Shown here: piece after piece, positions 1-10,457 of the stretch
Layout of the letters: every line of letters begins with the position of its first letter
How positions within the stretch are numbered: the first letter of the stretch is position 1
Assembly: GCA_049942965.1 (NCBI GenBank)
Contig: CP188088.1
Span: forward strand, 180,001-212,000
Length of the DNA: 32,000 nucleotides
Origin: Candidatus Saccharimonadota bacterium
GTDB lineage: Bacteria; Pseudomonadota; Gammaproteobacteria; Enterobacterales; Enterobacteriaceae
Direction: 5' to 3'
Program-made: the position numbers and the translations under genes
The notes under the pieces: generated by a model
Told to the model about the DNA's origin: nothing
Databases searched by the model: none
Seen by the model: the letters and a program-made list of their open reading frames with translations, nothing else

Positions 1-1196
1 ATTTTGATAGAATTACAACACAAACAGCTAAACAAGTTATCGTACAAAAAGTTCGTGAAGCTGAAAGAGCTATGGTAGTTGAAGAATTCAAAAATCACAA
101 AGGTGAAATTTTAACAGGTATTGTAAAAAAAATAAATAGAGAGAGTATAATTTTAGACGTAGGAGATAATGCTGAAGCAATGATAACAAAAGAAGACATG
201 TTACCTAGGGAAAATTTTCGTCCAGGAGATCGTGTTCGTGGAATTTTGTATCGTATTTCTCCAGAATCTAAAGGAATACAATTGTTTATTAGTAGATCTA
301 AAGATGAAATGCTTGTTGGATTATTTAAAATCGAAGTTCCCGAAATAGGAGAAGAATTAATTGAAATAAAAGCAACAGCTAGAGATCCTGGATCTAGAGC
401 AAAAATTGCAGTAAAAACAAATGACAAAAGAATTGATCCAGTAGGAGCTTGTGTAGGAATGAGAGGAGCTAGAGTTCAAGCTGTTTCAAGTGAATTATGT
501 GGAGAAAGAATTGATGTTGTATTGTGGGATGATAATCCACCTCAATTTGTCATTAATGCAATGTCTCCAGCTGAAGTTTCTTCTATTGTTGTAGATGAAG
601 ATAATCATACAATGGATATTGCGGTTGAAATTAGTAATTTGGCACAATCCATTGGAAGAAATGGACAAAATGTTCGTTTAGCTTCGCAATTAACTGGTTG
701 GGAACTAAATGTAATGACTATAGAAGAACTAAATAAAAAAAATGAAAAGGAATTGCTAGTAACAGTGAACAATTTTAAAAAGGAATTAAATATTACGAAT
801 GAAATTGCAGAGATCTTAGTAAATGAAGGTTTTTCTAAGATAGAAGAATTAGTTTTGGTTTCCCATGAAGATATATTAAAAATAAAAAAAATTGATAAAG
901 AAAAATTTTCCATAATACAGAAAAAAGCTCAATTAGCATTAATTAATATGAAAAATAAAGAAAAGTATAAAATGGAAAAAATGATTTTAGACAAAAGAAT
1001 TTTAGAATTAAAAGGAATGAATAAAACTATTGCAATTGAATTGTTTAAAAAAAATGTATTTACAATAGAAAATCTAGCTGAACAAAGTATAGATGATATA
1101 ATAAGTATTAAATTATTGGATTCTACAAAAGCAGGTAAATTAATTATGTTAGCTAGAAAAGCTTGTTTTTGGTTTAATAAAAATATTAAAAAATAA
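1..1196 (+). CDS. nusA: Transcription termination/antitermination factor NusA (5' end lies outside the window; reading frame starts at nt 3)
   Basis: Translation from nt 3 reads [26 protein letters not shown]..., continuous with the 72..1196 ORF. It is near-identical to E. coli NusA in the S1/KH region ([70 protein letters not shown]). It sits immediately upstream of infB, as in the conserved nusA-infB operon. Confidence 0.95.
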   Translation, partial: FDRITTQTAKQVIVQKVREAERAMVVEEFKNHKGEILTGIVKKINRESIILDVGDNAEAMITKEDMLPRENFRPGDRVRGILYRISPESKGIQLFISRSKDEMLVGLFKIEVPEIGEELIEIKATARDPGSRAKIAVKTNDKRIDPVGACVGMRGARVQAVSSELCGERIDVVLWDDNPPQFVINAMSPAEVSSIVVDEDNHTMDIAVEISNLAQSIGRNGQNVRLASQLTGWELNVMTIEELNKKNEKELLVTVNNFKKELNITNEIAEILVNEGFSKIEELVLVSHEDILKIKKIDKEKFSIIQKKAQLALINMKNKEKYKMEKMILDKRILELKGMNKTIAIELFKKNVFTIENLAEQSIDDIISIKLLDSTKAGKLIMLARKACFWFNKNIKK

Positions 1197-1208
1197 TAAG
1201 GAAATAAT

Positions 1209-3794
1209 ATGGTTGATAAAATTCAATTAAAATTTTTAGCAAATGAAATAAATATTCCTATTGAAATTATAGTGCAAAAACTAAATAAATTAGGTATAAA
1301 AAAGACAAAAAACGATTTTATTACGAATCAAGAAAAGACATATTTTTTAAATTTAATCAATAAAAAAAAAATTTTTAATGATGAAACTTTTACTTTGCAA
1401 CAAAAAACTCGTAGTGTAATAAATGTTTCTAGCATAACGGGAAAAAAAAAAATTATTAAAGTAGAAACAAGAAAAAAAAAAATGTATTTTAAAAGTGAAT
1501 TACAAAAAAAATTAGATACTACAATTAGTTCTTGTTTAAGAAATAAAAAAAATAATAAAACAGAAAAAAAAATAAATACAAAAAATAATGTACAAAAAAA
1601 AATATCTAAAGAAAGATTTTTTTTGAAGTCAAAAGATTTTAAAAAAAATAATTCTTTTTGTAAAAAAAATAAAATTACAACCGATAATTTTAAAAAAGAA
1701 GACATAATGATAGAAAAAAATAAGAAAAATAAGTTTTTTGAAAGTTCTATTGAAAACAAGAAGAAAAAAAATTCTTTTAACAAGCAATTAAAAGATATAA
1801 AAATAAATCCTAAATCATTTTTAAAAAAAAATGACCACATAAAAAAAAAGAAAGGGATTGTATTAAATATTTCAAAAAAAAAGGTTTTTAATAAAAAAAA
1901 TATTTTGAATATTAAAAATAACACAAAAGAAAATAAAGAAAAGATAAATATTCCCATTACTAATCAAAAAAATAAAACATTTGAAAAAAAAAAATCTATT
2001 ATTTTACAACAAAAATTTAAAAAACCGACTTCTAAAGTAAATAGAGATGTGATAATAAGAGATAGAATGACTATTCTTGAATTAGCAAAAAAAATGGCAG
2101 TAAAAGCTTCTGAAATAGTTAAGGTAATTTCTAAATTAGGTAAATGTTTTAGCAGTGAAAAATTTTTAAATAAAGAAATTCTACAGCTTGTTGCTGAAGA
2201 AATGGGTCATAAAGTTATTATTAAATCTAAAAACAATTTTGAAAAAGAATTGCTAAAAAATTGTTTAAGTTCTAATAAATTAAAAAAAAGTAGACCTCCA
2301 GTAGTAACGATCATGGGACATGTAGACCATGGAAAAACAACTTTATTAGATCGTATTCGATCAACTAATATAGTTAAAGGAGAATCAGGTGGTATTACTC
2401 AACATATAGGTGCATATCATGTAAATACTAAAAATCATGATTCAATTACTTTTTTAGACACTCCTGGACATGCAGCTTTTACAGCTATGAGAGCAAGAGG
2501 TGCTCATATCACTGATATTGTAGTATTAGTTGTAGCATCAGATGATGGTGTTAAACCACAAACAATAGAAGCAATTAATCATGCAAAATTAGCTAAAGTT
2601 CCAATAATAGTTGCAATTAATAAAATTGATAAAGCTAGCATTAACATTGAAGAAATAAAAAGTCAATTATCCAACTATGAAATAGTGTCAGAAGATTGGG
2701 GTGGAGATAATATTTTTGTTAAAATTTCTGCAAAAACAGGAAAAGGAATCAACGAATTGCTGAGTGTTATTTCATTGCAAGCTGAAATGTTAGAATTGTA
2801 TACATTTACTGATGGTATAGCAACCGGAGTTGTTGTTGAATCTTATTTAGATAAAGGAAGAGGTCCAGTAGCTACAGTAATAATAAAAAATGGAAAATTA
2901 AAAAAAGGAGATGTAGTTGTATGTGGTTTTGAATATGGAAGAATAAGAGCTATTTTAAATGAAAATAAAAAACTTGTTAATTCTATAGGAGCTTCCATTC
3001 CAGTAGAAATTTTAGGTTTATCAGGTGTACCTAATTCAGGAGATTTATTAACAGTTGTTAAAAACGAAAAAATAGCTAAAGAAATTTCAATAAAAAGAAA
3101 AGATAAAATTCGTTCTAAAAAATTCCAAGAAAGTAAAGAAATAAATTTAGAAAATATGTTTAAAAATATAAAAAAAGAAGGACTAAAAGAACTAAATGTT
3201 ATTTTAAAAGCAGATTGTAAAGGTTCATTAGAAGCAATTAGTGATAGTTTATTAAAAGAAAAAGATATCGAAAAAAATGATGTAAAACTAAATATAATTA
3301 GTTCCGGAGTTGGTGGAATTACAGAAACTGACGCTTCATTATCAATTGCATCTAATTCAGTTATTTTAGGATTCAATGTTCGTGCAGATTCTTCTGCTAA
3401 ACGAATTATAAATTTAGAGAAGTTAGACGTGCGATATTATTCAATTATTTATGATTTACTTAATGAAGTAAAATCTGCTTGTATTGGAAAATTATCTCCT
3501 AAAATTAAACAGAAAATAATTGGATTAGCAGAAGTTAGAAGTATTTTTAAATCTCCTAAATATGGAAATATCGCTGGTTGTATGGTAATAAATGGAATTA
3601 TTAAAAAAAATTCTCCAGTAAAAGTATTACGAAACAACATTGTAATATATACAGGAGAATTAGAATCGTTGAGAAGATTTAAAGAAGATATAAATGAAAT
3701 ACGAAACAACATGGAATGTGGAATAAGAATTAAAAATTATCATGATGTTAACATTAAAGATATAATTGAAGTATATGAAACAATTAAATTTTAA
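1209..3794 (+). CDS. infB: Translation initiation factor IF-2
   Basis: 861-aa ORF. The GTPase domain is present ([30 protein letters not shown]) and the C-terminal domains are conserved. The N-terminal third is Lys/Asn-rich and low in complexity. Position is the syntenic nusA-infB-rbfA-truB arrangement. Confidence 0.95.
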   Translation: MVDKIQLKFLANEINIPIEIIVQKLNKLGIKKTKNDFITNQEKTYFLNLINKKKIFNDETFTLQQKTRSVINVSSITGKKKIIKVETRKKKMYFKSELQKKLDTTISSCLRNKKNNKTEKKINTKNNVQKKISKERFFLKSKDFKKNNSFCKKNKITTDNFKKEDIMIEKNKKNKFFESSIENKKKKNSFNKQLKDIKINPKSFLKKNDHIKKKKGIVLNISKKKVFNKKNILNIKNNTKENKEKINIPITNQKNKTFEKKKSIILQQKFKKPTSKVNRDVIIRDRMTILELAKKMAVKASEIVKVISKLGKCFSSEKFLNKEILQLVAEEMGHKVIIKSKNNFEKELLKNCLSSNKLKKSRPPVVTIMGHVDHGKTTLLDRIRSTNIVKGESGGITQHIGAYHVNTKNHDSITFLDTPGHAAFTAMRARGAHITDIVVLVVASDDGVKPQTIEAINHAKLAKVPIIVAINKIDKASINIEEIKSQLSNYEIVSEDWGGDNIFVKISAKTGKGINELLSVISLQAEMLELYTFTDGIATGVVVESYLDKGRGPVATVIIKNGKLKKGDVVVCGFEYGRIRAILNENKKLVNSIGASIPVEILGLSGVPNSGDLLTVVKNEKIAKEISIKRKDKIRSKKFQESKEINLENMFKNIKKEGLKELNVILKADCKGSLEAISDSLLKEKDIEKNDVKLNIISSGVGGITETDASLSIASNSVILGFNVRADSSAKRIINLEKLDVRYYSIIYDLLNEVKSACIGKLSPKIKQKIIGLAEVRSIFKSPKYGNIAGCMVINGIIKKNSPVKVLRNNIVIYTGELESLRRFKEDINEIRNNMECGIRIKNYHDVNIKDIIEVYETIKF

Positions 3795-3853
3795 AAATAA
3801 ATTTATACTTTCAATAAATTTGACAATAAAAATTTTTTAAATAGGAAATAGTA

Positions 3854-4210
3854 TTGAAAAAAAAACCATATAGAAATATGCAATTATCAGAGGAGATAAG
3901 AAGAGAAATATCTAAAATTTTACAAATATATTGTAATGATTCTAGAATAAATAAATTAAATATCAATGTTATAGAAGTTTTAATAAATAAAGATTTTTCC
4001 TTTGCTAAAGTATTTTTTACCATTTTAGATGAATCAAAAAAAACAGAGATAATTAAAATATTACAGAATGCTTCTAGTTATATTAAAAAAAAACTAGTAA
4101 AAAATTTATTATTACGTGTAGTACCAAAGATAAAATTTATACATGATTGCTCGTTTGTTGAAGGAATAAAAATTTCTAAAATAATAAATAAAGTTATTAA
4201 TAATAAATAA
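3854..4210 (+). CDS. rbfA: Ribosome-binding factor A
   Basis: 118-aa ORF with a TTG start and AGGA 7 nt upstream. The N-terminus KKKPYRNMQLSEEIRREISKILQ aligns with E. coli RbfA [22 protein letters not shown]. It lies between infB and truB. Confidence 0.85.
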   Translation: MKKKPYRNMQLSEEIRREISKILQIYCNDSRINKLNINVIEVLINKDFSFAKVFFTILDESKKTEIIKILQNASSYIKKKLVKNLLLRVVPKIKFIHDCSFVEGIKISKIINKVINNK

Positions 4211-4237
4211 ATCAAAAAAATAGGATTTTATTGTTAT

Positions 4238-5170
4238 ATGAATTTATCTAAAATAGTTAAAAATGGAGTATTATTATTGGATAAACCCAAATTATATTCT
4301 TCTAATACTATTTTGCAATACGTAAAAAAAATATTAAAAATTAAAAAAGCCGGTTATATCGGAACATTAGATCCATTAGCAACAGGAATGCTACCTATAT
4401 GTTTTGGTGAGTCTACAAAGTTTTTAAAATATTTGTCTAATTCAAAAAAACGTTATTTAGTAATAGCTAAATTAGGTGTTCAAACTACAACTTTTGATTC
4501 ATTAGGAGAAATTACAAAAGAAACTTCAGTTACAAATATTAATAAAACTTTTTTAAATAAATGTTTAAGAAAGTTTATAGGTAAAATAGAACAAATTCCT
4601 CCTATGTATTCTGCTTTAAAATACAAAGGAATTCCTTTATACAAATATGCTCGTCAAGGAATTACAATATTTCGAGAGACTAGAAAAATTACAATCTATG
4701 AGTTAGACTACGTTATTCATAATGATAATTATTTAAAATTAAATATCTTATGTTCTAAAGGAACATATATTCGAACTCTTATAGATGACTTAGGAAAACT
4801 AATAGGATGTGGTGCTCACGTAATTTATTTACGTCGATTGGAAGTTTCGTTTTACTTGGAAAATCAATTAGTAAACTTAAACACAATAAATAAAATTAAA
4901 AATTGTTTTTATAAAAATAATTTTTCACTTTTTTTAAAAAAAATAATTTATCCCACAGAAAGTTTATTACCTAATTTTCCTACATTCAAATTAAATAATC
5001 ATTGTTCTGATTTTTTTAGTTGTGGTAAAAAAATTAATATTTTTGTTAAAAATAAACAACAAAACAAACTAGTGAAAGTTTTTAAAAAAAGTAATAATAA
5101 ATTTCTTGGAATTGGAGAAATTCAGCAAGACAACTATCTTATTCCAAAAAGATTAGTTTCTAAATTTTAA
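4238..5170 (+). CDS. truB: tRNA pseudouridine(55) synthase TruB
   Basis: 310-aa ORF carrying the catalytic motif GTLDPLATGMLPICFGE plus MYSALKYKG and CSKGTYIRTLIDDLG. The length is close to the roughly 314 aa I recall for the E. coli protein. Confidence 0.93.
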   Translation: MNLSKIVKNGVLLLDKPKLYSSNTILQYVKKILKIKKAGYIGTLDPLATGMLPICFGESTKFLKYLSNSKKRYLVIAKLGVQTTTFDSLGEITKETSVTNINKTFLNKCLRKFIGKIEQIPPMYSALKYKGIPLYKYARQGITIFRETRKITIYELDYVIHNDNYLKLNILCSKGTYIRTLIDDLGKLIGCGAHVIYLRRLEVSFYLENQLVNLNTINKIKNCFYKNNFSLFLKKIIYPTESLLPNFPTFKLNNHCSDFFSCGKKINIFVKNKQQNKLVKVFKKSNNKFLGIGEIQQDNYLIPKRLVSKF

Positions 5171-5215
5171 TAAATAACATGTTAATGTTTTAAGTAAATA
5201 GCAAAGAGGGATTTA

Positions 5216-5485
5216 ATGAATTACGATTTAAATACACAAAAAAAAATAATAAAAAAATTTGGAAAAAATGAATTTGATACTGGTAATACATCGGTACAAA
5301 TAGCTTTATTAACTAATAAAATTAATTATTTACAAAAACATTTTAATTATCATAAAAAAGATCATGGTAGTCGACGAGGATTATTGAAGATGGTTTCTCA
5401 TCGTCGTAAGTTATTAAATTATCTAAAAATCAAGTATATTTCTAAATATGTTTTTTTAATTGAAAAATTAGGGTTAAGACGATAG
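5216..5485 (+). CDS. rpsO: 30S ribosomal protein S15
   Basis: 89-aa ORF, the same length I recall for E. coli S15. It contains [13 protein letters not shown] and [30 protein letters not shown] lies 6 nt upstream of the ATG. Confidence 0.95.
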   Translation: MNYDLNTQKKIIKKFGKNEFDTGNTSVQIALLTNKINYLQKHFNYHKKDHGSRRGLLKMVSHRRKLLNYLKIKYISKYVFLIEKLGLRR

Positions 5486-5610
5486 ATGTATTTTTTTTAG
5501 TTGCATGGTAATTTTTTCAAATATTTTCAGAAAATCATTTTTATATATTTTAAAAAAAACTCTGTTTTTCTATTTAATTAAGAAATTCGCTTTATCTTAA
5601 GGACGTTATT

Positions 5611-7701
5611 TTGTTTAATCCGATTGTACGTAAATTCAAATATGGAAAACATACTGTTTCTATAGAAACTGGTATTTTAGCTAGACAGGCAACTGCTGCT
5701 GTTATGATTAACATGGATGATACATCTGTTTTAGTAACTGTAGTTGAGGAAAAAAAACAACAGAATAAAACTAATTATTTTCCATTAACTATTTGTTATC
5801 AGGAAAGAACGTATGCAGCTGGGAAAATACCAGGTGGTTTTTTTAGAAGGGAAGGTAGACCAAGTGAAAATGAAATATTGATTGCTAGACTTATTGATCG
5901 TCCTATACGTCCTTTGTTTCCAAAAGGTTTTTTAAATAATATACAAATTATAGCTACTGTAGTTTCAGTTAATCCTAAAGTTAATCCAGATATTGTAGCA
6001 ATTATTGGAGCTTCAGCAGCTTTGAGTGTTTCTGGAATACCATTTTTAGGTCCGATAGCAGCTGCTAGGGTAGCATATATAAATAAAAAATATGTTTTGA
6101 ATCCTACTATAGAAGAAATAAAACATAGTGAATTGGATTTAGTAGTATCAGGAACTAAGAATGCTATATTAATGGTAGAAGCAGAATCAAACATGTTGAG
6201 TGAAGAAGAAATATTAAATGCTATTTTATTTGGTCATAAATATCAACAAATTGTGATTGAAAACATTTGTTGGTTATCTGAAAAAAAAGAAAAAAAAAAA
6301 TGGAATATACAAAATTTTCAAACAGATTCTTCTTTATATTTTAAAATTTCAACTTTAGTTGAAGAAAGAATTAGTGATGCATACAAAATTATAGAAAAAA
6401 AAAATAGACATGATAAATTGAATATTATTAAATCAGAATTAATTGAAATGTTATGTAACGAAAACGTTATAAGTAATGAGTTAGAAATAGAAAATATATT
6501 TAAAGAGTTAGAAAAAAATATAGTCAGATGTGAAATTTTAAATAAAGGTAAAAGGATAGATGGAAGAAAATTTAATGAAATCAGGAAGTTAGATGTAAAA
6601 ATTGGTATTTTACCTAGAACTCATGGATCTGCTCTATTCACTAGAGGAGACACACAATCATTAGTTACTACAACTTTAGGAACAGCTAGAGATGCTCAAA
6701 GTTTAGATGAACTTCTTGGTGGAGATAAGACAGAAAACTTTCTTTTTCATTACAATTTTCCATCTTATGCTGTAGGTGAAATAGGAGTTATAGGTTCTCC
6801 AAAAAGAAGAGAAATAGGACATGGAAAACTTGCAAAAAAAAGTTTATCTGCAGTTATGCCGAAAATAGAAGATTTTCCATATACTATAAGAATAGTTTCT
6901 GAAATTACTGAATCAAACGGCTCTTCTTCAATGGCGTCAGTATGTGGTGCGTCTTTGGCGTTAATGGACGCAGGAGTTCCTATTAAGTCTTCAGTAGCAG
7001 GAATAGCAATGGGATTAATAAAGGAGGGAGATAAATTCGTAATACTTTCTGATATTATAGGAGATGAAGACCATTTTGGAGATATGGATTTTAAAGTTGC
7101 TGGTGGAAGAGATGGTATAACTTCTCTACAAATGGACATAAAAATTGAAGGAATAAACGATAAAATAATTAAATCATCGTTATTACAAGCTAAAGTTGCT
7201 CGTTTACATGTATTAGATATTATGGAAAAAGTAATAAAACGACCAAAATTAGATATTTCAATTTTTGCTCCTAGAATTTATACCTTAAAAATTAACCCAG
7301 AAAAAATAAAAGACCTAATAGGAAAGGGTGGTTCTGTTATTCGTATGTTAACTGAAGAAACTGGTACTACTATTGAAATTTCAGATGATGGGACAGTAAA
7401 AATATCATCTATAATAGAAAAAAAAGCAAAACATGCTATTAAAAGAATAAAAGAAATTACAGCAGAAATCGAAGTCGGCACTATTTATTTAGGAAAAGTT
7501 ACAAGAATTGTTGATTTTGGGGTTTTTGTTTCTATTGGAGTAGGTAAGGAAGGATTAGTACATATATCTCAAATTTCAAAAAATAGAATAGGAAAAATTT
7601 CTGATTATTTTAAAGTTAATCAAAAAATATCTGTAAAAGTTTTAGAAATAGATAGACATGGTCGATTACGATTAAGTATGAAAGAAACAATAAAAAAATA
7701 A
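5611..7701 (+). CDS. pnp: Polyribonucleotide nucleotidyltransferase (PNPase)
   Basis: 696-aa ORF. The N-terminus [21 protein letters not shown] matches E. coli MLNPIVRKFQYGQHTV. Both RNase PH domains and the KH and S1 domains are present. The start codon is TTG (AGGA 7 nt upstream), the same unusual UUG start used by E. coli pnp. Confidence 0.95.
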   Translation: MFNPIVRKFKYGKHTVSIETGILARQATAAVMINMDDTSVLVTVVEEKKQQNKTNYFPLTICYQERTYAAGKIPGGFFRREGRPSENEILIARLIDRPIRPLFPKGFLNNIQIIATVVSVNPKVNPDIVAIIGASAALSVSGIPFLGPIAAARVAYINKKYVLNPTIEEIKHSELDLVVSGTKNAILMVEAESNMLSEEEILNAILFGHKYQQIVIENICWLSEKKEKKKWNIQNFQTDSSLYFKISTLVEERISDAYKIIEKKNRHDKLNIIKSELIEMLCNENVISNELEIENIFKELEKNIVRCEILNKGKRIDGRKFNEIRKLDVKIGILPRTHGSALFTRGDTQSLVTTTLGTARDAQSLDELLGGDKTENFLFHYNFPSYAVGEIGVIGSPKRREIGHGKLAKKSLSAVMPKIEDFPYTIRIVSEITESNGSSSMASVCGASLALMDAGVPIKSSVAGIAMGLIKEGDKFVILSDIIGDEDHFGDMDFKVAGGRDGITSLQMDIKIEGINDKIIKSSLLQAKVARLHVLDIMEKVIKRPKLDISIFAPRIYTLKINPEKIKDLIGKGGSVIRMLTEETGTTIEISDDGTVKISSIIEKKAKHAIKRIKEITAEIEVGTIYLGKVTRIVDFGVFVSIGVGKEGLVHISQISKNRIGKISDYFKVNQKISVKVLEIDRHGRLRLSMKETIKK

Positions 7702-8057
7702 TTTTTAAAAAAACAATTTTTTTGATATTAAACTTTAAATCAACGTTTTTTTACATATGCATTTTATATTTCGTGAAAAATCTTTTTTGAAATAAAAATA
7801 TTTTATATTTATAACAAAATCTTTATATGTTTTATTTAAATCAAAATATTTAAATTAATACGTAGATTATTTTAAATAATAAATTTTATATTTTTTTATT
7901 ATTTTTAAAAAAACAATATTTTATAAATATTTTCTAAAATAGATTTTTTATTTTTTCATTTTTTAAATTTGAGCCAGTTGACATTTTCTAATGAGAATAA
8001 AAAAAAATATTTTTATAATAAATTATGTATACTGGCCTGAATTAACTTAAGAGGCAC

Positions 8058-9926
8058 ATGTACTACATGACTCGTACTGAAAAAATTACGTTTTCTGTTT
8101 TTAATTTTAAATCTTCAATTATGAAAGTATTAAATGAAATTGGATATTTAAAACCTTCTCCAATTCAAAATGCTTGTATACCTTATCTTCTAGAAGGAAA
8201 AGATGTATTAGGTATGGCACAAACTGGTAGCGGAAAAACAGCAGCATTTGCTTTACCATTATTACAAAATATTAATTTATCTTTAAGGTTTCCTCAAATT
8301 TTGGTTCTAACTCCTACAAGAGAATTAGCTATACAAGTTGCAGAATCATTTTCGATATTTTCAAGATATATGAGTGGTATTAATGTTACTGCATTATATG
8401 GAGGTCAAAGATATGAAGTACAACTAAAATCTTTAAGGAATGGTTCGCAAATTGTTGTAGGAACACCAGGTAGATTATTAGATCATTTAAAAAGAGGTAC
8501 ATTAAATTTATCTAAATTACAAGGACTAGTCTTAGACGAAGCTGATGAAATGTTACGAATGGGTTTTATTGAAGATGTAGAATTGATTATGTCTAATATA
8601 CCGAAAGATCATCAAACGGCACTTTTTTCTGCAACTATGCCAGAAGTAATTCGTCGTATTTCTAGAAGATTTATGAAAAATCCTAAAGAAATAAAAATAC
8701 AATCGAATATTACAACTAGACCTGATATTAAACAAAGTTATTGGATTGTATACGGAAAAAAGACAGACGGATTAATTAGATTTTTAGAAGTAGAAGATTT
8801 TTCAGCAGTTATTATTTTTGTTCGAACAAAAAGTGCTACTTTAGAAGTTTCGGAAGCTTTAGAAAAAAATGGATATAATAGCGCTGCTTTGAACGGAGAT
8901 ATGAATCAGACATTAAGAGAACAAACTTTAGATCGTTTAAAAAATGGAAGGTTAGATATCTTAATTGCAACCGATGTAGCAGCAAGAGGATTAGATGTAG
9001 ATAGAATAAGTTTTGTTATCAATTATGATATACCAATGGATGCCGAATCATACGTACATAGAATTGGACGAACTGGAAGAGCAGGAAGAAAGGGTAGAGC
9101 TTTATTGTTTGTGGAACATAGAGAACGTCGTTTATTACGTAATATTGAAAGAATTGTTAAATTAAATATTCAAGAAGTAAAATTACCTAATGTAGAATTA
9201 TTGACTTCTTGTCGTTTAAAAAAATTTTCTGAACAAGTTAAAATACAATTAAAAAGTAAGGATTTAGAAGAATATAGCAGTTTATTAGAAAAAATAAAAC
9301 CTAAAAAAGATTTAAGCATCGAAAAGTTAGCAGCTGCTTTATTAAAAATGGCTCAGGGAGAAAGATTATTAATATTAAAACCTGATATTTTTCTTAAAAA
9401 TTTTTCAAATAAATCAAATAGAAAAGTATTTTTAAGAAATAGACCAGGAAATTTTATTAATTTTAATAAGTTTAGAAAAGAAAAACAAGATATTTATGAT
9501 AATAACAAGAATATGAATCTTTATAGATTAGAAGTAGGTAGAAACGATGGAGTTGAAGTTCGTCATATTGTCGGAGCAATTGCTAATGAAGGAAATATAA
9601 ATAGTCGAAAAATAGGAAATATAAAAATTTTTTCTTCATTTTCTACTATTGAATTACCAGTGTCGTTATCTAGAAATTTTTTAAAATTGTTTTCTAATAC
9701 TAGAATATTGAACAAATTAATGAATTTAAAATTATTAAGCAATATAAAATTTCGTAATAAATATAATAATTTTACAAATAATTTTAAATATAAATCTAAA
9801 ATTAATCAGTTTTGTTCTAGAAAAAAACTTGATAATAATAATAGATTTTCAGTTACAACCAAAAAATTTGTGAATTCTAAAAAAACGATTGCAGTAAAAA
9901 ACAAAAATAGAATACGTTCTTATTAA
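8058..9926 (+). CDS. deaD: DEAD-box ATP-dependent RNA helicase DeaD/CsdA
   Basis: 622-aa ORF with the helicase motifs PSPIQ (Q motif), [18 protein letters not shown] and [10 protein letters not shown]. The C-terminal tail is Lys/Asn-rich. The start could be ATG 8058 (AAGAGG 3 nt upstream) or ATG 8067; the latter aligns better with the E. coli N-terminus. Confidence 0.9.
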   Translation: MYYMTRTEKITFSVFNFKSSIMKVLNEIGYLKPSPIQNACIPYLLEGKDVLGMAQTGSGKTAAFALPLLQNINLSLRFPQILVLTPTRELAIQVAESFSIFSRYMSGINVTALYGGQRYEVQLKSLRNGSQIVVGTPGRLLDHLKRGTLNLSKLQGLVLDEADEMLRMGFIEDVELIMSNIPKDHQTALFSATMPEVIRRISRRFMKNPKEIKIQSNITTRPDIKQSYWIVYGKKTDGLIRFLEVEDFSAVIIFVRTKSATLEVSEALEKNGYNSAALNGDMNQTLREQTLDRLKNGRLDILIATDVAARGLDVDRISFVINYDIPMDAESYVHRIGRTGRAGRKGRALLFVEHRERRLLRNIERIVKLNIQEVKLPNVELLTSCRLKKFSEQVKIQLKSKDLEEYSSLLEKIKPKKDLSIEKLAAALLKMAQGERLLILKPDIFLKNFSNKSNRKVFLRNRPGNFINFNKFRKEKQDIYDNNKNMNLYRLEVGRNDGVEVRHIVGAIANEGNINSRKIGNIKIFSSFSTIELPVSLSRNFLKLFSNTRILNKLMNLKLLSNIKFRNKYNNFTNNFKYKSKINQFCSRKKLDNNNRFSVTTKKFVNSKKTIAVKNKNRIRSY

Positions 9927-10017
9927 GAAGAACAAAAAAAAACTTTTTAATTAAATTATTTATAATAAAAAAAAGAAGAATACTATTTTTGTTTCATTGC
10001 AACCTTGATTATTTAAT

Positions 10018-10049
10018 GTGGTAGAGAATATTTCTACCACTGATTTTTT
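10018..10049 (+). terminator. Rho-independent terminator between convergent deaD and ridA
   Basis: The stem GTGGTAGA(GA) at 10018-10027 pairs with (TT)TCTACCAC at 10031-10040. That gives 8 Watson-Crick pairs plus G-U and A-U, with a 3-nt loop, followed by TGATTTTTTATTTTTT. It is a rare G+C-containing hairpin in an AT-rich spacer. The T-tract overlaps the ridA stop codon on the other strand. Confidence 0.55.
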
Positions 10050-10434
10050 ATTTTTTATAAGCCATAGTTTCAATTTCTATTTTTGAATTTTTTGGTAGTG
10101 AAGAAACTTCTACGCAAGATCTAGTAGGAAAATTAGTAATAAAGTTTTTAGTAAAAAAAGATTCGTAAATTTTATTAACTTTGTTTATTTCAGTTAAATT
10201 AGTCATAAAAACACTTGTTTTTATAATATTTTTTACTTCAAAATTTGATTGTTTTAATATTATTTTAATTTTTTTTAGTATGATTTCTGTTTGTTGTTCT
10301 ATGTCTTCTGGAATTTTTTTTTCATTAATTTCATTTGCAATTTGACCAGATATTAATAAAAATTTTTCAATTAAAATTGATTGCGAATAAGGTCCTATTG
10401 GACAAGGGATGTTTTTTTTATTTTTATGTTTCAT
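10048..10434 (-). CDS. ridA: RidA/YjgF-family enamine/imine deaminase
   Basis: 128-aa ORF, the same length I recall for E. coli RidA. Family motifs are present: PIGPYSQ near the N-terminus, SGQI, and PTRSCVEVSSLPK...EIE near the C-terminus. Confidence 0.88.
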   Translation of the reverse strand: MKHKNKKNIPCPIGPYSQSILIEKFLLISGQIANEINEKKIPEDIEQQTEIILKKIKIILKQSNFEVKNIIKTSVFMTNLTEINKVNKIYESFFTKNFITNFPTRSCVEVSSLPKNSKIEIETMAYKK

Positions 10435-10457
10435 AGTATTTTTTTATTTTTTTGGAA

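Noticed and set aside
1328-1957. 209-aa antisense ORF (Phe/Leu-rich) inside infB, plus similar antisense ORFs at 95..427, 605..913, 2843..3376, 3449..3712, 5799..6194, 6765..7139, 11913..12224, 12252..12599, 21782..22075, 23911..24129, 24705..24959, 26345..26599, 27051..27275 and 28259..28528
   Set aside because: All of them lie opposite well-supported conserved genes. They have poly-Phe/Leu/Ile composition, which is the mirror image of Lys/Asn-rich AAA/AAT codons. They have no recognisable motifs. They are shadow ORFs expected when stop codons are depleted on the antisense strand of A-rich coding sequence.
5176-5189. Small hairpin AACAT-GTTA-ATGTT upstream of rpsO, a possible remnant of the S15 autoregulatory pseudoknot
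   Set aside because: It is a 5-bp AT-rich stem. I cannot demonstrate the pseudoknot partner or any conservation from this sequence alone.
7978-8019. Perfect -35 hexamer TTGACA (7978-7983) and perfect -10 hexamer TATAAT (8014-8019) upstream of deaD
   Set aside because: The spacing between them is 30 nt, far from the 16-18 nt needed, and no acceptable partner hexamer sits at the right distance from either. TATAAT-like strings are ubiquitous at this base composition, so I do not call a promoter.
7973-8036. GCCAGT ... ACTGGC inverted repeat in the deaD leader
   Set aside because: It has only 6 bp with a 52-nt loop and no extension. It could be chance, so the evidence is insufficient for a regulatory structure.
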